38,636 nucleotides of DNA, from NCBI GenBank assembly GCA_014729495.1, contig WJJV01000006.1:1-38636 (forward strand), read 5' to 3'. Below, piece by piece: positions 32,771 through 38,636 of the stretch. A program made the translations under genes and the position numbers. The stretch is from Candidatus Woesearchaeota archaeon. Lineage in GTDB: Archaea; Nanobdellota; Nanobdellia; Woesearchaeales; UBA12501. Every line of letters begins with the position of its first letter. The first letter of the stretch is position 1. Under the pieces are notes generated by a model that searched no databases, was not told the origin of the DNA, and saw only the letters and a program-made list of their open reading frames with translations.

Positions 32771-35700
32771 TCAACTGCTGTACTCACAGCATATTGTCTT
32801 TGTATAAGGGCTTGCTGTGTCTCCTGCACAGCCAGCCACATGCGAATCATCATTCTTGTATACTGTTGCCACGCATGTTCCTGTATCACATGTCCCGCTG
32901 CCAGCATATTCATGGCATGTTATTGCACCTGTGTCAGCTGCCATGCAGATGTCACTGTCATAATATCCTTGTGTAAGGCTCACATGGCTGTTGTCTGTTC
33001 CATACTTTGACAGCACAAATTCATCTTCTGCTCCTGAGCAGTCAGTTGCAGTAAGACCAGCCTCAGCCAGATTGCAGCAGACATTGTTATCATAATATCC
33101 TGCAGTGCCTATATGAGAGTCATACAAGCCATACATCGTGAACAATGTTGCCTCAGTGCATGCTTCCTGACCTATTGAGCAGACCAATCCTGTCTCAATG
33201 ACACAGTCTGCAGTGCATCCGTCTCCATTCAGCTTGTTCCCGTCATCGCACTCCTCTCCTGAGTCAACAACACCATCTCCGCAGGAAGGCAGTGTGCAGT
33301 CAGTCCTGCACTCATCAGGAGCAGTGTCGCTGTTTGCAGTCCCATTATCACACTCTTCTATGAACTCGACATCTCCGTTACCGCAGACAGGCATTCCCAC
33401 TGCGCAGCATATCTTAGTGTTATAATCATCGCAGTCTCCGATGTGGGCATCTGACTCTGAGGTCACTGAAGCTACGCAGGAGTATCCCTCGTCACAGTCT
33501 CCAGTATTGTAATCGCATATCACAGAGCCTCTGCTTGTCTCCTGGATTGACATGCATGCAGGATTCGTGAATCCTCCTTCAGCAGGCACTTCTACATGAG
33601 CATCATCCTCTGAAGATAGCTCAAGGAAAGCATCTCCATTATCGCATGTTGTGTCCAGAGTAGCTCCTTCTACCTTGCAGCATATCCTGTTTGCGAAATC
33701 TCCAGTATTAGGCAGTGCTGCATGAGCATCAGTCATTGATGACTTCTTCAGCACTTCAATGAATCCAAATTCATCAGGGCATGTTGCCTGCATATGCACG
33801 CATTCAAATCCCCACACTCCTTCAAGAGTGCATTTTCCTGAGCAGCCGTCAAAATATTCAGTGTTGCCGTCATCGCACTGCTCTCCGCCTTCAACCTTTC
33901 CGTTTCCGCATATCTCTTTCTCCTCTGCAAAAAGCATCATCTGGTAGAATATGCCATTAGGAAGAAGCGATGTGTTCCAGAAGTAATCATGATATTGTAT
34001 CTTGATGTCTGTTATGCTTAGCACTCCTGACTGAGCCCTGATCTCAACAGGAATCTGGCATATCTCATCTATGTCAGCATCGCATGAATCATTGATATAA
34101 TCATTGAGCAGTCCAGAAAAGTCAGCCATAGACTGCCTTCCATTGAATTCTCCTGCAGCTCCCCACTCATAGTATCCATCCATCCCTATATCTATTCCAG
34201 GATTAACAGCTCTGCTTCCTGAAACATCAAAAGTAGCCAGATATACTTTAGATGCCTTTGGCACATAAAGATACTGGATCGGCGCATTGCAGTAAGCGCT
34301 GCCTTCACAGTCAGGATCCTCACAATCCCTCAGCCCGTCACAGTCATTGTCAAGGCCGTCATTGCATGATTCTTCTGCAGGCTCGTAGGCTAGAATTGAA
34401 GAGATATCATCCTGCCATCCTGCTGTACCCACACAGGTCTGCAGGCTTCCAGCACATACACCTTTCTGGAGACTATTAAGAGGCGGTTCTTCTCCTGAGC
34501 CATCTGCTGTTGAAGGGTCGCAGTCATCATCTATGCCATTGCATATTTCAGAAGCTCCTGGATGTACTGATGCATCTGAATCATCGCAGTCCTCTTCCTG
34601 ATATAAACAGCTGACTCTCTCCTCTTCTGTTCCTGTCCCATAACCATCCCCATCTATATCCTCACATGTAAGACACCCTAATTTAGTGAAATAAACACCA
34701 GGAACTGAGTCTTCATTAGCCCATACAAAAATATACTCAGAACCTGTCCAGACAAAGGATGATCTAAAAAATACAGGCGAATCACTTCTTCCGTTCCCTA
34801 TATATAATTCGCTCTCAATGGGCTGTTCATTCTCATCAGCTCTGCTGAAATATATATCTGTTTCATCACCAGAAGGGATAGATCTTGATATATAATATTC
34901 AACTCCATTCCACTTAACTTTACCAATATTAAAGCCAAGGATTTCATCGCTAAGTATGTTTCCGTCCATATCAAGCTTGATAAGGTGAGGATTACCATCA
35001 ATAACACCATTACCAAATACATAAATACTTGAGTCTCTGATTATATTACTAAGTCCTGAAAGCCTATAATCTATAGCCTGTTTTTTAAGCTCTATTGTGC
35101 CGCTCTGGCTGATTCTTGCAAAATAGATAGTGAAATAAGGGCTGTCTTCATTCCATATAACAACATATTTTGACCCTGTCCAGATTACGCTTGACCCAGC
35201 TGAGTATTCTGGAGTGTCTGACACAAGAATCCTTGACCCAATAAGATTTCCCTGGGCATCAGCTCTCTGAAGATACACTTCAAAGTTATCAGGTGTCGCC
35301 TCTTCTATATAAGTGAAAGCATACTCTTGGCTATCAGGATTCCATATGACAGATTCCAGATAAGCTGATTTTGTGTTTGATGTAATCTGCTTTGCATCAA
35401 CAATCTTATTGCCCTGAGCATCCACTGCAGCAAAAGCCACCTGATCAGGATAACCACCACTGCCGCAAATATTAGTAGGATGATAATTCTGTTCTCTCCA
35501 GAACACACCATAGCTTGATCCTGTCCATCGAATAAAGGAACTGCTGAAGGAGCACTCTACATCATCTATCTTTGTCGCAGAAAGCAGGTTAGCATTCTCA
35601 TCAAATCTTCCAAGATATATTCTTGCACCAAGAAACTCCTCCTGAGTATAGTTCAAATAGGATATTCCCAACTCCAAGTCATCAGGATTCCATACAGCAT

Positions 35701-35875
35701 AAGGAAGAAATTTCTCAAACGAATAAGATGTATCTACAATATTAACAGTAGGAATCACTTTAGAGACATGACCCTCAGAACAGTAATCCTCCTGGGCATT
35801 AGAGATGGCACTGCTCAAGAGCACAATCATAACTGCCAAAACCATCCACAATCCGATTGTTCTTGATTTTTTCAT
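32771..35875 (-). CDS. giant secreted protein (1034 aa): W-x-G-x-x-Y repeat propeller, MopE-like motifs, DUF4215 (Myxococcus Cys-rich) repeats, six D-[AS]-H...CC repeats
   Basis: The signal peptide is MKKSRTIGLWMVLAVMIVLLSSAISNAQ. Repeats include RWTGSSYGVFW, VIWNPDSQEYAF, VIWTGSKYVVIW, VKWNGVEYYI and FVWTGSEYIFVW. Other motifs are DCDDSDASVHPGASEICNGIDDDCD, CGNGKVEGGEQCDDGNTEYFDGCSGKC and CGDGVVDSGEECDDGNKLNGDGCTADC. Confidence 0.8.
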   Translation of the reverse strand: MKKSRTIGLWMVLAVMIVLLSSAISNAQEDYCSEGHVSKVIPTVNIVDTSYSFEKFLPYAVWNPDDLELGISYLNYTQEEFLGARIYLGRFDENANLLSATKIDDVECSFSSSFIRWTGSSYGVFWREQNYHPTNICGSGGYPDQVAFAAVDAQGNKIVDAKQITSNTKSAYLESVIWNPDSQEYAFTYIEEATPDNFEVYLQRADAQGNLIGSRILVSDTPEYSAGSSVIWTGSKYVVIWNEDSPYFTIYFARISQSGTIELKKQAIDYRLSGLSNIIRDSSIYVFGNGVIDGNPHLIKLDMDGNILSDEILGFNIGKVKWNGVEYYISRSIPSGDETDIYFSRADENEQPIESELYIGNGRSDSPVFFRSSFVWTGSEYIFVWANEDSVPGVYFTKLGCLTCEDIDGDGYGTGTEEERVSCLYQEEDCDDSDASVHPGASEICNGIDDDCDPSTADGSGEEPPLNSLQKGVCAGSLQTCVGTAGWQDDISSILAYEPAEESCNDGLDNDCDGLRDCEDPDCEGSAYCNAPIQYLYVPKASKVYLATFDVSGSRAVNPGIDIGMDGYYEWGAAGEFNGRQSMADFSGLLNDYINDSCDADIDEICQIPVEIRAQSGVLSITDIKIQYHDYFWNTSLLPNGIFYQMMLFAEEKEICGNGKVEGGEQCDDGNTEYFDGCSGKCTLEGVWGFECVHMQATCPDEFGFIEVLKKSSMTDAHAALPNTGDFANRICCKVEGATLDTTCDNGDAFLELSSEDDAHVEVPAEGGFTNPACMSIQETSRGSVICDYNTGDCDEGYSCVASVTSESDAHIGDCDDYNTKICCAVGMPVCGNGDVEFIEECDNGTANSDTAPDECRTDCTLPSCGDGVVDSGEECDDGNKLNGDGCTADCVIETGLVCSIGQEACTEATLFTMYGLYDSHIGTAGYYDNNVCCNLAEAGLTATDCSGAEDEFVLSKYGTDNSHVSLTQGYYDSDICMAADTGAITCHEYAGSGTCDTGTCVATVYKNDDSHVAGCAGDTASPYTKTICCEYSS

Positions 35876-35897
35876 TGTCTCTTTTTTTCTTTGTTTC

Positions 35898-38636
35898 TCA
35901 TGATAATGTCCTGATGTGATTCCAGTTATTATAGTGCTGTTTCAACTGCTCTTGGGTCAAGACAGTATTGTATGCTGAAACCTCATCAATGATTCCTGCA
36001 AAAGATCCTGATCCTATATTAAGGTTGTCTCCTGCCCAGAATCCTCCAGTGAATTCCTCTGAACCCTCAAGTTCTCCATTTATGTATATTTTCAGATTTG
36101 AGCCATCATAAGTTGATGCCAGATGATACCACTCACCTGCTGTCAAGGATGAGTCTGAGGTAACTTGTGCACTTGATCCAGAATATGCTGACACAGAAAG
36201 CTTGCCACTCTTTATCCTGAGCATATTATAGTTTGTCTTCTCAAGTATCTCTCTATTGTAATCCACTGAATCAGGTCTGACCCATGCCTCAAAAGTGAAA
36301 GAATCTTCCATATCTTCTCCAACAAAAGGCTCGTTTCCAACAACAACATTATCTAGAGAATTATCAAAGGATAATCCATTGCCGAACAGCCCTGGAACCC
36401 ATGAGTCCTTAAGACCATCACTAAGGTCTCCATTCTTATTATTGCTGCTTGAGTCAAAAGCTGTTTCTCCGCTTGTCTCATCCAACTTCAGGTAAATGAC
36501 CCTGGAATCAAGATAACTGGGCTGTGTTGCAGGACAGCTTCCGCAATCCAGGCTGCAAGAATTGCAGTCTTCTTCAATTGAGCATATCCCATCAGGTCTG
36601 CCGCAGTCGCTGAAGCAGTTCACGCATGTTTCTCCTGCATCGCATGTGCCGTCACCGCATGTTGAAGGGCAGTCAGTTCCGAGTATGCAGTCTTCTGGGC
36701 AGGTGCCACAGTCCTCTCTCAATAGATTGCAGACACCATCACCGCAATAACCAAACTTCTCCTTTATGATGTCCCAATTATGATAATTTGCCTGAACCTG
36801 CTTCTGAGTCAGTGCTATGCCGTACATTGAGAACTCATCTATCTGTCCGTCCATCGGAAGATCAAATGAACTGCCCAATACCAGAGGCGCGGATTCATCA
36901 TTCATAGGATAAGGACAGCTGGCAGAAGCCCCAATGTGATCCTCCAGCATGCCATCAAGATATATGTTTGCTCCCTGCTCTGGATCAAAAGTGCATACAA
37001 CATGATGCCATTCTCCTGTACTTACAGGTGTTGTAGTGTGGGGTATGCATGCAGTTGAGTCACCATAACGGCAGCCTATCACTCCAGAATCCACTCCCAT
37101 AGCATATTGCACATGCCATGAGCCTGTAAAGTATGTCTTGCCGAATATGTACTGTTTTCCTGCATCATCCAGCTTCAACCATGTCTCAAATGTAACACTT
37201 TCAGGCAGGTTGGCATCAAGAGCAGGATGGTCAGGAACTTCAACAGTGTCTCCACCGCTGAAATCAAGAGCTTTTTCAAATTCAGAGTCAACAAGCTCTG
37301 CGCCATGGATAATTCCCTCATGGCCATTCTCAGTAATATCTTTTAAGGAATCTCCTGAACCATCATCAAAATTCCAGTAAGCAATCATGTTGCTTGAATA
37401 GAAAAAAGGCTCAATTAAACAAGCATTGTCGCACCCATCACCCTCCTTGAAATTTCCATCATCACATTCTTCATTTCCAAGGAATATATGTCCGTCTCCG
37501 CAGATATTGTCTTTGCAGAAAGAAGTGCAGGCATCATTATTGTCTGTGTTGCCATCATCGCACTCCTCATCACCATCAATAACTCCATTTCCGCATTCAA
37601 CCTGGCAGTTCTCATCGCATCCATCGTCATTCAGATTATTCCCATCATCACACTCTTCTGGCGCATGGGTTGTGCCGTCAGGATTTGACCAGCTGGATGC
37701 CTGGAGCACGCCATCACCGCAGTATTCAAGCTTGCATTTTAGTGAACAGCCGTCATCATCCTGCCTGTTGCTGTCATCGCACTGCTCATAGATGCCGTAT
37801 GAATTAGGTGACTGAACCACTCCATCACCGCAGTCTGACCTTGTGCAGTCAGGAGAGCAGTGCTCACTTCCCTCAGGTCCCCTGTCGCATTCCTCTCCAG
37901 GTTCTGTGAGACCGTTTCCGCAGAAGGGCTCTGTGTCAGGAAGCTTTCCAGGATAGAATCCTACTGAGAAATTACGGCTCTCATTGATTGTGTCTATGAT
38001 GCCATAATCACTCTCCATAAGATACCAGTTCCCTCCGCTGTTATTGCTGTAATATAATGAGTATGATACTGAGTCATTCTCTGGATCAACTGCAGGACTC
38101 CAGTTTACCATTATGCTCTGATTGTAGTTTCCGCTGTCAACAGGATTTATCAGGAATGGTATTGATGCCTCTGGCACCTGGTTTGGATAAACCTCAAGAA
38201 GCCCGTCAAGAAGGCCTCCTTGTGACCTGAACGGATCAGTGAAGCCTGCTGAAGTGAGTACGCTTGCCTCAAAATAGTATTCAGGAGGATCGCAGGCAGC
38301 TTCCAGCACACCCCAGTCAGAGAACATAGCGCAGTCAGGAGTGTATACTGCAGGCCACTCAGCAACAGCCCTGCCATCATTGAAATTCGCTTTTGGCCTT
38401 TCTGCAAACTGGCTCATGCCGTCATCGCCGGAAAGCGTGTCATCCTCCCAGATATCAAAATAAGCTTCGTAATCCTGGCAGGCTTCTCCTTCCAATGTAA
38501 GGGCCACCCTGCTTCCTGCAGTTGCATTGCTTCTTGACCAGTAAGCATCTGTTATTGTGCATGGGCATACTGCCTGGTTCTCTCCATCAACTAGCCCGTC
38601 GCAGTCATTGTCCTTTCCGTCTGTGCAGTTCTCAAC
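35898..38636 (-). CDS. giant secreted protein, 5'-partial (at least 912 aa in the window): MopE-like motif, Fn3-like domain, ~6 DUF4215 repeats, two LamG (Laminin_G_3) domains
   Basis: The frame stays open upstream of the GTG at 38507 to the window edge (...VENCTDGKDNDCDGLVDGENQAVCPC...). CGNGLTEPGEECD, CGDGVVQ..., CGDGVLQ...EECDDGNNLNDDGCDENC, CGNGVIDGDEECDDGNTDNNDAC and CGDGHIFLGNEECDDGNFKEGDGC are the DUF4215 repeats. The LamG signatures are GEWHHVVCTFD...IYLDG...IDEFSMYGIALT and GEWYHLASTYDGSNLKIYINGE...GIIDEVSAYNTVLT. Confidence 0.8.
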   Translation of the reverse strand, partial: VENCTDGKDNDCDGLVDGENQAVCPCTITDAYWSRSNATAGSRVALTLEGEACQDYEAYFDIWEDDTLSGDDGMSQFAERPKANFNDGRAVAEWPAVYTPDCAMFSDWGVLEAACDPPEYYFEASVLTSAGFTDPFRSQGGLLDGLLEVYPNQVPEASIPFLINPVDSGNYNQSIMVNWSPAVDPENDSVSYSLYYSNNSGGNWYLMESDYGIIDTINESRNFSVGFYPGKLPDTEPFCGNGLTEPGEECDRGPEGSEHCSPDCTRSDCGDGVVQSPNSYGIYEQCDDSNRQDDDGCSLKCKLEYCGDGVLQASSWSNPDGTTHAPEECDDGNNLNDDGCDENCQVECGNGVIDGDEECDDGNTDNNDACTSFCKDNICGDGHIFLGNEECDDGNFKEGDGCDNACLIEPFFYSSNMIAYWNFDDGSGDSLKDITENGHEGIIHGAELVDSEFEKALDFSGGDTVEVPDHPALDANLPESVTFETWLKLDDAGKQYIFGKTYFTGSWHVQYAMGVDSGVIGCRYGDSTACIPHTTTPVSTGEWHHVVCTFDPEQGANIYLDGMLEDHIGASASCPYPMNDESAPLVLGSSFDLPMDGQIDEFSMYGIALTQKQVQANYHNWDIIKEKFGYCGDGVCNLLREDCGTCPEDCILGTDCPSTCGDGTCDAGETCVNCFSDCGRPDGICSIEEDCNSCSLDCGSCPATQPSYLDSRVIYLKLDETSGETAFDSSSNNKNGDLSDGLKDSWVPGLFGNGLSFDNSLDNVVVGNEPFVGEDMEDSFTFEAWVRPDSVDYNREILEKTNYNMLRIKSGKLSVSAYSGSSAQVTSDSSLTAGEWYHLASTYDGSNLKIYINGELEGSEEFTGGFWAGDNLNIGSGSFAGIIDEVSAYNTVLTQEQLKQHYNNWNHIRTLS

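Noticed and set aside
25722-38407. Dozens of 60-170-aa ORFs on the plus strand or in alternative frames inside the giant genes, plus similar antisense ORFs inside lig, hel308, psd and ftsZ.
   Set aside because: They are shadow ORFs within long, motif-rich coding frames. Their Ser/Pro/His-rich or Cys-poor composition is typical of antisense translation.
24072-38636. Possible diversity-generating retroelement targeting the lectin-like or LamG domains.
   Set aside because: There is no reverse transcriptase gene, and I could find no template/variable repeat pair with adenine-specific mismatches in the window.

Overview
This 38.6 kb window is archaeal and most consistent with a small-genome, DPANN-like archaeon. 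That placement is an inference from several features: bulge-helix-bulge (BHB) tRNA introns, CDP-archaeol/archaetidylserine lipid genes, FtsZ, diphthine synthase, a Hel308-like helicase, TATA boxes about 25 nt upstream of start codons, and several truncated or split-looking genes.

Positions 1-24000 carry compact housekeeping genes:
- A TrmB-like regulator, a ferredoxin and a DUF1858 protein.
- A carS-PAP2-pssA-psd lipid head-group operon.
- Two PHP phosphoesterases and a Hel308-like helicase that lacks its RecA1 half.
- A DNA ligase interrupted by a LAGLIDADG intein.
- A nitroreductase, ftsZ and dph5.

These are interleaved with six tRNA genes. Five of them carry 1-3 introns, several at non-canonical positions, and most introns have strict BHB motifs that I could trace by hand. 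A free-standing LAGLIDADG endonuclease gene also sits between two tRNAs.

Two non-coding repeat systems stand out:
- A modular 'hairpin cassette' family at about 2.4, 4.9 and 10.5 kb.
- Two inverted blocks of 700-850 bp (15.19-15.89 kb and 23.15-24.0 kb). Each contains an array of 47-nt hairpins at a strict 80-82 bp period, with compensatory arm substitutions. Together they bracket a 7.3 kb core-gene segment.

Positions 24072-38636 are a minus-strand island that I rate as the best candidate for an undescribed system. It encodes three giant, cysteine-rich secreted proteins with RCC1-like propeller, MopE-like and DUF4215 Cys repeats, TSP3-like repeats, a beta-helix, LamG domains and an unclassified D-[AS]-H...CC repeat. 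It also holds two small signal-anchored proteins (one H-type-lectin-like) and two pilin-like proteins with class-III-type signal peptides. A HEPN-MNT toxin-antitoxin cassette is inserted in the middle. No rRNA, CRISPR array, cas gene, transposase or integrase was recognised.
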